Of a stretch of DNA of 64,000 bases, positions 35,653 to 44,755 are shown in pieces. The stretch spans positions 2,231 through 66,230 of the forward strand of contig JAZRPZ010000112.1 of assembly GCA_045649485.1 (NCBI GenBank), in the 5' to 3' direction. The notes beneath the pieces are model-generated. The model searched no databases, had not been told where the DNA came from, and saw only the letters and a program-made list of their open reading frames with translations. The first letter of the stretch is position 1; each line of letters opens with the position of its first letter. Made by a program: the position numbers and the translations under genes. The stretch is from Clostridia bacterium (GTDB taxonomy: Bacteria; Bacillota; Clostridia; Christensenellales; Aristaeellaceae).

Positions 35653-38544
35653 TCAGCCGATCTCGATATCGGTCAGGCCGAAGAATACGAAGGAATACCT
35701 GTCGGCATAGCCGGGGTTCTTTGCGCCGTCCCAGCCGCCATACTTGGAGAAGGTGTCGGGACCTACGCCGAAGGGCTCAACATCCCTTGCAACGTGGAAG
35801 GGTCCAAGGGTGTTGCGGCGTGCGCCAACGAGAGTGATCTTGATCTCGTTCTCGCCTGCCTTCAGCATGCCGGTAACGTCGACCTTATTGTCGAACATGA
35901 CCATCTTTTCAACGCCGTTGATCTCAACCTTGGCAACTGCATAGCGGCCGGAGAGACGGATAACGGTCTCGTTGCCGGTGGCTACGATCTTCTTTGCGAA
36001 GGTGACCTTGCCGGTGAAGAAGGGATAGCCGGTCTCCAGCAGCTTGTCTGCGGAAACTTCCTTGACGGACTTCACGATAGCGAACTTGCCGTCGTCGGAG
36101 ATGCGGGTGTCCTTGACATCCTTGCGCAGGCTTGCGGTTACGCCGAAGTCGCCCAGCAGATAGATGGCTTCGATGTCGGTCTCGTAGCTCAGGCAGTTTA
36201 CGAGGGACTCGGTGGTGCCGTCATGCAGATAGTATACGCCGTTGAATACCTTGTAAACGTGCTCGGGCTGGTAGTACTCGATCTCGAATACGACTTCGTT
36301 CTCGCCAACCTTTACCAGGGGCAGGATGTCGCATACCAGGTCGGATGCTTCGATCTCGCCGCCAACGGTGGGCTCGATAACGGTGCCGTTTACGGTGATG
36401 GACTTGGAACCCATCTTCTCGGCTTCCAGCTTCAGGGTGGCGGGCAGCTCATCGATGGTGAAGGTGTACTTCACGAATACGGTGCGGTTGGTGCGCTCGC
36501 GCAGCAGCCTGTCGGAGATGGACATGATGGGCAGACGCTCGGAGTACTCAGCGTTGTCATAGGACAGCTGTGCGTAGTCCAGAGTGAGGATGTTGTCGCC
36601 CATATCAGCGATCTTCACGTCAACGCCGATGCTCTTCATCTCAGGCAGTGCGTAGGCAGCTTCTGCGCTGGGTGCGCCGTCCAGCATGATAACGAAGGAC
36701 TGGCAGGGTTCGAAGGTCAGGGGCAGGATGACGTATTCGCCTTCCTTGGTGTAGAACAGGGGCTTCTTCTCGCCGGTTTCCAGATCGAAGCGGGAAACGC
36801 CTTCTGCCTTGATGCGATAGCGTACGGAGTGGGTCTTATCCTTGCTCAGGTTAACTGCATACAGGAAGTCGCCCTTCTCCCAGCGGCGCAGGGTGGAACG
36901 GATAGCAGTGGTATGATCGGAAATGGTGCAGTCCTTGTTCAGCAGATCGTCGATGGAGATGTTGGACTGATAGCCCAGATCTGCCTCTTCGCCGTCTACG
37001 AAGGAGGGGCACTGACCCTGCAGCCATACCTTACCGCCGTTCATGATGTACTCATCCAGCATTTCTGCGGTGGATGCATCCAGACCGGGCATATCGGGGA
37101 TAACTACGAACTTATACTTGCGGTCGCCCATTACCAGGGTATCGCCGTCAACATATCCGTACTTGTCCAGCAGATACTCGTCAACATACTGATGGCCAAC
37201 GCCCATTGCGCCCAGGCACTCTACCAGGGAAGCGAAGGACTTGTCGATCAGCTGCAGGGACTTGCCTTCGTTGCGCTTGAAGGTGAAGTATGCGCTGTGC
37301 ATGGGATGGATGATGGCAACGTCTGCCTCTTCGGTAGACTCGGCCAGCATGTAACCCAGACGGGTGAAATAATCGTTGAAATGACGGAACTCGGTCATCC
37401 AGGGATTATGCTCGGAATAGAATGCGGGATAGTCCCTCTTGCGCTGACCGCGGATGGAATAGGGATACAGATGCTGGCACATCTGGTTTACACCGTTGAC
37501 GTACTGCCACTCGGCAATGCGCTTCAGTTCGGTGGGAGTTACGTCCCAGCCGGCGCAGGCGAAGGTCTCGGTGAGAACGTGCTTCTTGCCCAGCTGATTT
37601 GCAACGGAGAATACCTGACGGGGAGAGATCTCGGTGCTGATCTCGCGGCCCAGCCAGTCCATTCCGGGAATGTGCTCATACTCATAGAAGGGCATGATGC
37701 CTGCGCAGGCGATCATCTGGCCGAACAGGCTGCTCTCTTCGATGGCGTGACCGGTGAGCATGCAATCATGCTCTTCGCACCAGGTGTAGATCTGACCTGC
37801 GAAATTCTCGGTGAACAGTTCGCACATCAGTCTCCAGTAGCGGAAGCGGAAACGGTTGGACTCGGCGCAGTCAATGAACAGAGCGCCCAGTTCTTCCAGC
37901 AGATCCTCGCCGTAGCGGCCGCGGTATGCAGACAGCATCATGGGAGAATATGCGGTATCCCAGCGGAAATACTGGGGCTCGTCAGTGAAGAAGCCGGCCA
38001 TGTACTTGCCGAAATCCTCGCCGAAGCGCTCATAGTACTTTTCGTGGGTCTCGTTGATGAACTTCTTTACGATGTCGGGATTCAGGATATCAACAACGGA
38101 ATCGTTGGTGCGCTCGTATACAGCGTAAACGCTCTTGCCGTTGTCCTTGTAAACGCGATAGATATGGTCGCCTGCCAGCTGATAGCATGCCAGAGCTTCC
38201 TTATCGAAGGCTTCCTTCTCCTCGCATACCAGATACTTCTCGTGGTTTGCGGGGTCTTCCAGCAGCTTCATGCCTGCAAAACCGCTGGGCCAGCCGTTCT
38301 CGTCATAGCACCATGCGTTCATATCCTGCTTCTTGGCTTCGTCGATGCAGGCTTCAACGGCCTTCATCCAGTCTTCGCCCATGTACTCGGTCAGCAGACC
38401 GCCGCGGGCATGCATGAAGAAACCACCGATGCCGGCTGCCTTCATGTCGCGGATCTGCTTGCGCAGATGCTCGGGCTCAAGCTTGTCGTTCCAGCTCCAG
38501 AAAGGTATAGACTGATAATTCTTGAGGTCCTTCTCAGGTATCAT
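35653..38544 (-). CDS. Large intracellular glycoside hydrolase-like protein (family not assignable by eye)
   Basis: N-terminus IPFWSWNDKLEPEHLRKQIRDMKAAGIGGFFMHARGG resembles TIM-barrel glycosidases annotated as glycosyl hydrolase-like. Start at MIPEKD is preceded by AAAGGAGAGG. Confidence 0.65.
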   Translation of the reverse strand: MIPEKDLKNYQSIPFWSWNDKLEPEHLRKQIRDMKAAGIGGFFMHARGGLLTEYMGEDWMKAVEACIDEAKKQDMNAWCYDENGWPSGFAGMKLLEDPANHEKYLVCEEKEAFDKEALACYQLAGDHIYRVYKDNGKSVYAVYERTNDSVVDILNPDIVKKFINETHEKYYERFGEDFGKYMAGFFTDEPQYFRWDTAYSPMMLSAYRGRYGEDLLEELGALFIDCAESNRFRFRYWRLMCELFTENFAGQIYTWCEEHDCMLTGHAIEESSLFGQMIACAGIMPFYEYEHIPGMDWLGREISTEISPRQVFSVANQLGKKHVLTETFACAGWDVTPTELKRIAEWQYVNGVNQMCQHLYPYSIRGQRKRDYPAFYSEHNPWMTEFRHFNDYFTRLGYMLAESTEEADVAIIHPMHSAYFTFKRNEGKSLQLIDKSFASLVECLGAMGVGHQYVDEYLLDKYGYVDGDTLVMGDRKYKFVVIPDMPGLDASTAEMLDEYIMNGGKVWLQGQCPSFVDGEEADLGYQSNISIDDLLNKDCTISDHTTAIRSTLRRWEKGDFLYAVNLSKDKTHSVRYRIKAEGVSRFDLETGEKKPLFYTKEGEYVILPLTFEPCQSFVIMLDGAPSAEAAYALPEMKSIGVDVKIADMGDNILTLDYAQLSYDNAEYSERLPIMSISDRLLRERTNRTVFVKYTFTIDELPATLKLEAEKMGSKSITVNGTVIEPTVGGEIEASDLVCDILPLVKVGENEVVFEIEYYQPEHVYKVFNGVYYLHDGTTESLVNCLSYETDIEAIYLLGDFGVTASLRKDVKDTRISDDGKFAIVKSVKEVSADKLLETGYPFFTGKVTFAKKIVATGNETVIRLSGRYAVAKVEINGVEKMVMFDNKVDVTGMLKAGENEIKITLVGARRNTLGPFHVARDVEPFGVGPDTFSKYGGWDGAKNPGYADRYSFVFFGLTDIEIG

Positions 38545-38632
38545 TTTCGTTCCTCTCCTTTCGCGAAATAAACGCGATACAATATACATCCATAAAGCCA
38601 TACTTTTCAGCATGGCAGTATTATACATATAT

Positions 38633-38661
38633 ATTTTATCGCTAAAGCCGAGAATTTGCAA
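38633..38661 (-). promoter_or_regulatory. Sigma-A-type promoter of the glycoside hydrolase gene
   Basis: On the minus strand: TTGCAA, 17-nt spacer, TAAAAT. Confidence 0.6.
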
Positions 38662-38749
38662 TAACAAAATACTCAAAAGGATGCTCCACTTCTCACGGTT
38701 CTCCTGCCCTCACGATTAACGGAATACATCCCATGCTGCAATTAAAAAT

Positions 38750-38795
38750 CCAAAAATAAATTTGCCGACCCGGGGCTGGGCCCACGGGTCGGCAA
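38750..38795 (-). terminator. Intrinsic terminator of ABC exporter pair 2
   Basis: On the minus strand, TTGCCGACCCG-N12-CGGGTCGGCAA followed by ATTTATTTTT. Confidence 0.8.
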
Positions 38796-38889
38796 CAGAC
38801 TTTCATTTAAATTAAGATATTACCCCAGCAAGGGATTCTCAAGGGGCTTTCGTCCCTTGAGCAGGGGTGCAGGGGACAGAGTCCTCTGC
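38762..38889 (-). repeat. Intergenic structured repeat, family B, copy 2
   Basis: Starts on the first nt after the ABC TGA stop. Carries the same ordered modules as 1174-1300: a CTCTGyCCCCTGCAmCCC hairpin, a CAArGG...CCyTTG hairpin, AATCCCT-TGCTG-GGG, and a CCCGkGGGCCCAsCCCCGrG block with 17 of 20 nt identical. Confidence 0.6.
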
Positions 38890-40692
38890 TCACTCCTCAA
38901 GCAGGAACCTGTACTGAGCGTCGCAGAGTCCCTTGTAGTGACCGCCCTCCAGCTGAATGAGCTCTTCGTGAGTGCCCTTTTCCGCGATGTTGCGATCCTG
39001 GATAACCATGATGCAGTCTGCATTGCGGATGGTGGACAGACGGTGAGCGATAACGAAGCTGGTGCGTCCCTTGAGCAGTACATCCAGAGCCTTCTGGATG
39101 AGCAGCTCGGTATGGGTATCGATGGAAGAGGTGGCCTCGTCCAGAATAAGTATCTTGGGGTCGTTCAGCAGCGCACGTGCAAAGGAGATGAGCTGCTTCT
39201 GACCGACGGACAGGGACGAGCCGCGCTCGTTTACCTCGGTCATGTATCCCTTTTCCATGTTCATGATGAAATCATGGGCGGATACAGCCTTTGCGGCAGC
39301 GATAACCTCTTCATCGGTTGCTTCCAGCCTGCCGTAGCGGATGTTGTCCATAATGGTGCCGGAGAAGATGAAGCTGTCCTGCATCATTACGCTCATCTGC
39401 TCGCTCAGGGAGCGCAGCTTGATGTCGCGGATGTCATGACCGTCGATCTTCACAGCGCCGCCGCGGACGTCATAGAAGCGGGAAATGAGGTTTACAACAG
39501 TGGATTTGCCTGCGCCGGTGGGACCGACAAGGGCGATGGTCTGACCGGGCTTTACCTTGAAGGACAGGTCCTTCAGAACCACCTTGTCCTCGTTGTACCA
39601 GAAGTCAACGTGGTCGAACTCGACCGCACCCTCGATGGGCGGCAGGTCGCGTGCGCCTTCCTTGTCCTTTATCTCAGGCTCGGTATCCATGATCTCAAAT
39701 ATGCGCTCAACAGAGGCCATTGCGGAGAGGATGGAATTGTAGAAATTGGACAGGGTATTCAGCGGCATCCAGAATCTGCCAAGATACCACAGAATGAGCA
39801 GCAGGTTTGCCAGCGAAAGCGGGTTAGTTTCCAGACCCATCATGCGGATACCGAAATAGTAAACCAGCACGGTACCGATGGTTCCGGTGATATCCAGTGC
39901 GGGCCAGAAGGAGTTGTTCACCTGAATGGCGCGCATCCAGTTTTCGCGTACTTCATTGTTTACGTTCTTGAAGGTCTCGAAGTTCTCATCCTCACGCACA
40001 AATGCCTCGGTTACACGCATACCCGCAAGAGATTCGTGCAGATAACCGTTCATGCTGGAGGTCTTCATACGCACCTTCTGCCAGCGCTGCCTCATCACGC
40101 GCTTCAGCTTGAACATGATGAAGATAAGTATGGGCATGATGCACATGGAGATGAGAGTCAGCTTCCAGTTGACGACAAACATGATGACCAGCAAAAGCAC
40201 CAGTGTCATGCAGTCAACAAGTACGTTTACGATACCGTTGGTGAACAGGTCGTTCAGGGAGTTTACGTCGTTGATTACTCGAACCAGTATCTTACCTGCG
40301 GAACGGGTATCAAAGAAGGAGAACGACAGACCCTGAATGTGCTTGAACAGATCCTCGCGCAGCTGCGCAATGGCGCTGCGGCCTGCGGTATCCATCAGAC
40401 GAACGCGGTAACGGGTGCACAGTGCGCCGCCGATAGCGGTAACGAACATACCGCCGATGAGTATGGCAAGCGTGGTTACGTTTGCATCCTTTACCAGCTG
40501 CAGTTCTTCGATGGCATTACTCAGAAGATAGGTGCTGCCCAGAGAGAACAGCGTGGCGCATACCATCAGCACGAGGGCAATGGCAACGTTTTTCCTGTAG
40601 GGCTTCATGTACTTAAGGAGACGGACAAACTGGCCTTTGTCAAACGGTCTTTCCAATGCTTCATCGTCGATCTGTCTGAGAGCCTTAGCCAT
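38890..40692 (-). CDS. ABC exporter permease/ATPase fusion, subunit B of pair 2
   Basis: Walker A GPTGAGKST, non-canonical signature LSVGQ, Walker B ILILDEATS. Confidence 0.9.
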   Translation of the reverse strand: MAKALRQIDDEALERPFDKGQFVRLLKYMKPYRKNVAIALVLMVCATLFSLGSTYLLSNAIEELQLVKDANVTTLAILIGGMFVTAIGGALCTRYRVRLMDTAGRSAIAQLREDLFKHIQGLSFSFFDTRSAGKILVRVINDVNSLNDLFTNGIVNVLVDCMTLVLLLVIMFVVNWKLTLISMCIMPILIFIMFKLKRVMRQRWQKVRMKTSSMNGYLHESLAGMRVTEAFVREDENFETFKNVNNEVRENWMRAIQVNNSFWPALDITGTIGTVLVYYFGIRMMGLETNPLSLANLLLILWYLGRFWMPLNTLSNFYNSILSAMASVERIFEIMDTEPEIKDKEGARDLPPIEGAVEFDHVDFWYNEDKVVLKDLSFKVKPGQTIALVGPTGAGKSTVVNLISRFYDVRGGAVKIDGHDIRDIKLRSLSEQMSVMMQDSFIFSGTIMDNIRYGRLEATDEEVIAAAKAVSAHDFIMNMEKGYMTEVNERGSSLSVGQKQLISFARALLNDPKILILDEATSSIDTHTELLIQKALDVLLKGRTSFVIAHRLSTIRNADCIMVIQDRNIAEKGTHEELIQLEGGHYKGLCDAQYRFLLEE

Positions 40693-42460
40693 TTACCGTC
40701 ACCTCCTTGCCGCGGATGGAATCAAGATCGCGGTACTGATCCTGCACCATCTGCCAATAGATGCCATGGTGCTCAAGCAGCTGCTTGTGAGTGCCGCGCT
40801 CTGCAATACGTCCGTTTTCCATTACCAGTATCTGATCCGCATTCTTTACAGAAGAGATACGGTGTGCGATTATGAAGGTGGTGCGTCCGGCAAGCACCTT
40901 CTTCAGCTTCTGCTGGATGACATATTCGGTCTCCATATCAACAGCAGAAGTAGAGTCATCCATTACAAGAATGGAAGGATCGGTAAGCACCGCGCGGGCG
41001 ATAGCCGTGCGCTGCTTCTGACCGCCGGAAAGACCCATGCCGCGCTCACCTACTACGGTATCGTAGCCGTCGGGCATTGCACCCACGAACTCGGCAGCCT
41101 GCGCAACATCGGCAGCTTCTTCGATCTTTTCAAATGCCGCATCGGGACGACCAAAGCGGATATTCTCGGCAAGGGAATCGGAGAACAGGAAGGTCTCCTG
41201 CGGTACATAGCCGATATGCTTGCGCAGTTCCAGCAGCTTATGGTCGCGGACATCGATGCCGTCGATCTTTATGCTGCCGCCGGAAACATCATAGAAGCGA
41301 CCCAGCAGGGTTACCAGCGTACTCTTGCCCGAACCGGTTGCGCCCATAACGGCTATGGTCTGACCGGGTTCGGCAGTGAAGCTGATATCGTGGAGAACCT
41401 CGGAATCACCATAGGCAAAGTTCACATGATCGAATTCCACCTTGCCGTTGTAGGCAGCGGGTGCAATCGCATTATCCTTTTCCTTGATGGCTGCGCCGAA
41501 ATCAACATAGTAGAACAGCTTCTCCGCAGAGGTAACTGCGTTGGTAAGCATGTTTACAAGGTTGGAAAGCTGGCGCATAGGATCGGTTATCAGCCATACA
41601 TAGCCGTTTACCGCAACCAGAGTACCGATGTCCATATCGCCCCTGATGGTGAGGATAGCGCCAACGACCAGCATAACAGGAGTGCAGAGTCCGCTCAACA
41701 GTTCCATCAGCGGCACGAAATCAGACCAGATCCAGGTGGCCTTCAGGTGCATGGTGAGCAGATCGCGGTTGTCCTTTACGAACCTGTCCATCTCGTAGGG
41801 CTCGCGGGCAAATGCCTTTACAACGCGCATACCGGAAAGATTCTCGGTGGTGCGGGTGTTCAGGGTAGCATTCTGTTCGCGGATGTTGCGGAACGCGGGG
41901 TGTATCTGTGCACGGAACTTCCATGCGGTTACCGCAAGGATGGGTGCAAATATAAGCAGCGAGAGCATCAGTTCCCAGCTGAGGAAGCTCAGGAATATAA
42001 GCGCGCCCACAAAGTTCAGCAGGTTATCGAAAACAGAGACAAGACCGCCTGCGATCAGGTTTCGTATGCCTTCGATATCACCCGTCATACGGGACATGAT
42101 CTCACCTATGCGGTGATTGTCGTAGAACTGATAGGGCAGTTCCTGCATATGTCTGTACAGACCGGTACGCAGGTCATACACCACGTTCTGCGAAACGCGT
42201 TCCAGCGTAAGACCGCGGATATATGTACACACGGCACGTGCAATTACCAGCGCCATAAGACCCACACACAGAGGGGTCAGCTTTGCCATGATACCTTCCA
42301 TTCCGGTCTGCGCTGCAGGGATTACATCGTTAACGATCGCCTTCTGAATAAGAGGTGCGATCATTCGGCTTGCGATTACCGCCAGCTGCAAGAGCATCGC
42401 TACGGCGATCCGCAACCGGTAGGGCTTCATGAGCCCTATGAGGCGTTTGATCGTATCCAT
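40685..42460 (-). CDS. ABC exporter permease/ATPase fusion, subunit A of pair 2
   Basis: Walker A GATGSGKST, signature LSGGQ, Walker B ILVMDDS (Asp replaces the catalytic Glu). Overlaps subunit B by 8 nt. Confidence 0.9.
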   Translation of the reverse strand: MDTIKRLIGLMKPYRLRIAVAMLLQLAVIASRMIAPLIQKAIVNDVIPAAQTGMEGIMAKLTPLCVGLMALVIARAVCTYIRGLTLERVSQNVVYDLRTGLYRHMQELPYQFYDNHRIGEIMSRMTGDIEGIRNLIAGGLVSVFDNLLNFVGALIFLSFLSWELMLSLLIFAPILAVTAWKFRAQIHPAFRNIREQNATLNTRTTENLSGMRVVKAFAREPYEMDRFVKDNRDLLTMHLKATWIWSDFVPLMELLSGLCTPVMLVVGAILTIRGDMDIGTLVAVNGYVWLITDPMRQLSNLVNMLTNAVTSAEKLFYYVDFGAAIKEKDNAIAPAAYNGKVEFDHVNFAYGDSEVLHDISFTAEPGQTIAVMGATGSGKSTLVTLLGRFYDVSGGSIKIDGIDVRDHKLLELRKHIGYVPQETFLFSDSLAENIRFGRPDAAFEKIEEAADVAQAAEFVGAMPDGYDTVVGERGMGLSGGQKQRTAIARAVLTDPSILVMDDSTSAVDMETEYVIQQKLKKVLAGRTTFIIAHRISSVKNADQILVMENGRIAERGTHKQLLEHHGIYWQMVQDQYRDLDSIRGKEVTVNG

Positions 42461-42516
42461 ATCGTTTTTCCTCTCCTGCGCCGGACGTCTTTGTCCGACT
42501 TTAGGGGTATAATAAG

Positions 42517-42580
42517 CCTACTTACGAATTTGTTATATCCGTTTTAAGTAGCTTTTTTGTTATGTATCCGTTAAGTAGCC
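42517..42580 (-). promoter_or_regulatory. Direct-repeat/inverted-repeat candidate operator upstream of ABC pair 2
   Basis: On the minus strand, GCTACTTAACGGATACATAAC and GCTACTTAAAACGGATATAAC are about 27 nt apart, followed by the inverted half CGTAAGTAGGC and then TATTAT. Confidence 0.4.
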
Positions 42581-42642
42581 ACATTAGCAAAACGCATGCA
42601 AATACAGTAAAATTATACATTCATTCTGCTTTTCGGCTATGC

Positions 42643-42693
42643 AAAAGACATATGTTCATGCACAAAAAATTGCACAAAAAACATATGTCTTTT
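42643..42693 (-). terminator. Hairpin downstream of the SGNH hydrolase gene (weak terminator)
   Basis: Perfect 14-bp arms AAAAGACATATGTT / AACATATGTCTTTT with a 23-nt loop. Confidence 0.4.
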
Positions 42694-42695
42694 GA

Positions 42696-43268
42696 TTATG
42701 GAGATATTATTCTGTCCGTTTCTATCAGCTTTGCGATAGTAGCAGCCGCAAGCACAGAGCCTGCCTCTGAAGGATGATAATCATCATCTTCATAGAGACC
42801 CACATAACCGCGCACGGCGGTAAATGCACAGCCTACATTGGCCATCAGTGCGCCGTTGGCCTCGGCAGCCTCACGATAGCTTTCAAAAAGACCTCTGTCC
42901 ATCTCTTCATAGGACATATTCATGGTCGCAAGCTTGTCGGTACCTTCCTTATAGGCCCATGAGGCATAGAAAACGGGCTTTGCGCCATTTTCCTTAATGA
43001 GCCTGCAAAGCTTTTCAGAGCTTTCGAGGAAGCTCTTCTTTTTTGTAATGGGCGCGTTGCTCTGTTCCTGGAGCACCACATAATCCCATTTTTCCTCTTT
43101 GAGCGCCTTCAGCGTGCGCGCGCCCATTTCGGTATCCGGATTGAGCTGCTCAGCCAGCATCGCGCCGCCGCGGGTATGGGCCACCACCTCCGCGCCAAGC
43201 ATAGCCGCAAGAATATCCGGCATATCGTGGAAATAGGTAAAACTGTTGCCCAGCATCAATATGCGCAT
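42696..43268 (-). CDS. SGNH/GDSL-type hydrolase
   Basis: Block I MLGNSFTY and block V DDYHPS. About 190 aa. Confidence 0.65.
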   Translation of the reverse strand: MRILMLGNSFTYFHDMPDILAAMLGAEVVAHTRGGAMLAEQLNPDTEMGARTLKALKEEKWDYVVLQEQSNAPITKKKSFLESSEKLCRLIKENGAKPVFYASWAYKEGTDKLATMNMSYEEMDRGLFESYREAAEANGALMANVGCAFTAVRGYVGLYEDDDYHPSEAGSVLAAATIAKLIETDRIISP

Positions 43269-43282
43269 CTACTCATCTCCGT

Positions 43283-44614
43283 TCAGATTGCTTCCTTTGT
43301 AATAAGATACGAACCGAAATGCGGCACATCCAGTTCGATCACAGCGTCATCGCCTGTGATTTCAAACCGCATCTTTTCCGCAAGGTCGTTTTCTCTGTCC
43401 AGCAGGCTGCAGCATATCCTGCCGGGTCCTATGCCCTTCAGTTCGACCCTTATTCTTTTGCCTTCTGCGTTATCATCGTCGGAATAGCAGGTCAGCATCA
43501 CGGCCGCGCCTTCATCGCCCTTTGCCGCGCAGGCATATATGCCGGCCTCGTCAGCTTCCGAGCAAACACAGCTGCCAAGTTTGTACAGCTTGTTGAACAT
43601 GAAGAAGGGGTAATATCCCTTCAGCGTCTCGCAAATTATGTCCGTATTATACAGACCGTTCATTCCACCCGGACGGGCATCGTAATACATCAAAAGGTCT
43701 ATGGATGATTTCTGGCTTTCCTCCATTACTGCCGCAATGAATGCCGCGCCCTTGATATCCTTTTCGCGCTTAAGGGAGTATATCCAGTCATCGCCCTCCC
43801 AGCCGCGGACATAGTTCCACTCGTTGAGTATGCTCTCGGCATTACCGAAGCCGTATTTATCCATAAGCGCACGGACCTTTTCGGCACGTTCGATCACCTG
43901 CGCAGGCTCTTTTGCGTAGATATGCCATGAAAGGAAATCAAGCGGCGCTTTGAGCTGCGCGAGGAAATCCTCGAGCCATACAAGGTTGCCGGCAAGCGCG
44001 GGACCGCCTATCTTCAGGTGCGGAAAGCATTCCTTCAGATGACGCGCGGCAACATCGTACAATTCGAAGAACTGCGCCTTTGTGCCGCCCCAGCAGCGCT
44101 TATGCGTCGAATCATCCGCATCAAGGTCGGGCTCGTTCCATATCTCCCAATATTCGATATCATAGCAGAAGCCGTCTGCCCAGCCTTCGGTATAATGCCT
44201 GATGATGTGTTCGCATATCACCGCCCACTTTTTGAAATCCGGCGGCGGCAATGTGCCGTACTTTTTAGACCAGTGCTCTATTTTGGAACCAAGTCTGTAG
44301 AAAGTTTTTGCCCCGGCAAAATCTATAACTTTCAGATAGTCATCAGTAAGACAGAAATCATAGGAAGCGGGGTCATACGGGTCTTTCGAAAAATCCGGGA
44401 ATATGCCGTGCACATCCACCACATGTTCTCCGCCATAGGTATAATTGATAGAAGCATCATGTGTACGCGCATAAGGTATGCCTGCAGCGCGGTAACTGTC
44501 AATATTCGTGATGCGCTGATCTTCCGCGAATTTATAAACGGGGCCGTTATTCACGGCATGCATCGGCTTTATTCTGCCGAGAGGTTTATTAAAATCAACA
44601 GCTATATTTATCAC
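43283..44614 (-). CDS. Clan GH-A glycoside hydrolase (GH39-like)
   Basis: Acid/base motif WEIWNEPD. TIM-barrel-sized N-terminal domain plus a beta-sandwich tail. GTG start is preceded by GGGAGGTG. Confidence 0.6.
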   Translation of the reverse strand: MINIAVDFNKPLGRIKPMHAVNNGPVYKFAEDQRITNIDSYRAAGIPYARTHDASINYTYGGEHVVDVHGIFPDFSKDPYDPASYDFCLTDDYLKVIDFAGAKTFYRLGSKIEHWSKKYGTLPPPDFKKWAVICEHIIRHYTEGWADGFCYDIEYWEIWNEPDLDADDSTHKRCWGGTKAQFFELYDVAARHLKECFPHLKIGGPALAGNLVWLEDFLAQLKAPLDFLSWHIYAKEPAQVIERAEKVRALMDKYGFGNAESILNEWNYVRGWEGDDWIYSLKREKDIKGAAFIAAVMEESQKSSIDLLMYYDARPGGMNGLYNTDIICETLKGYYPFFMFNKLYKLGSCVCSEADEAGIYACAAKGDEGAAVMLTCYSDDDNAEGKRIRVELKGIGPGRICCSLLDRENDLAEKMRFEITGDDAVIELDVPHFGSYLITKEAI

Positions 44615-44690
44615 ACATCCTGCACCTCCCTTTGGCTAAAATGATATCACAATCCGCAAGTTATGTAAAGAATATATTATCACATTTACA

Positions 44691-44719
44691 TTGCAATCTG
44701 CATCGCATTCTGATATAAT
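44691..44719 (+). promoter_or_regulatory. Sigma-A-type promoter
   Basis: TTGCAA, 17-nt spacer, TATAAT. Confidence 0.65.
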
Positions 44720-44755
44720 TGCCTCAATCTTAGAATGCAGAAACGAGGTATCGTC

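Noticed and set aside
35794-42547. Plus-strand ORFs of 925, 672 and 646 aa (35794-38571, 38857-40875, 40607-42547)
   Set aside because: They are antisense to the glycoside hydrolase and ABC pair 2 genes. The reasoning is the same: the sense codon bias avoids TTA/CTA/TCA, so the antisense frame stays open, and there are no start signals or domains.
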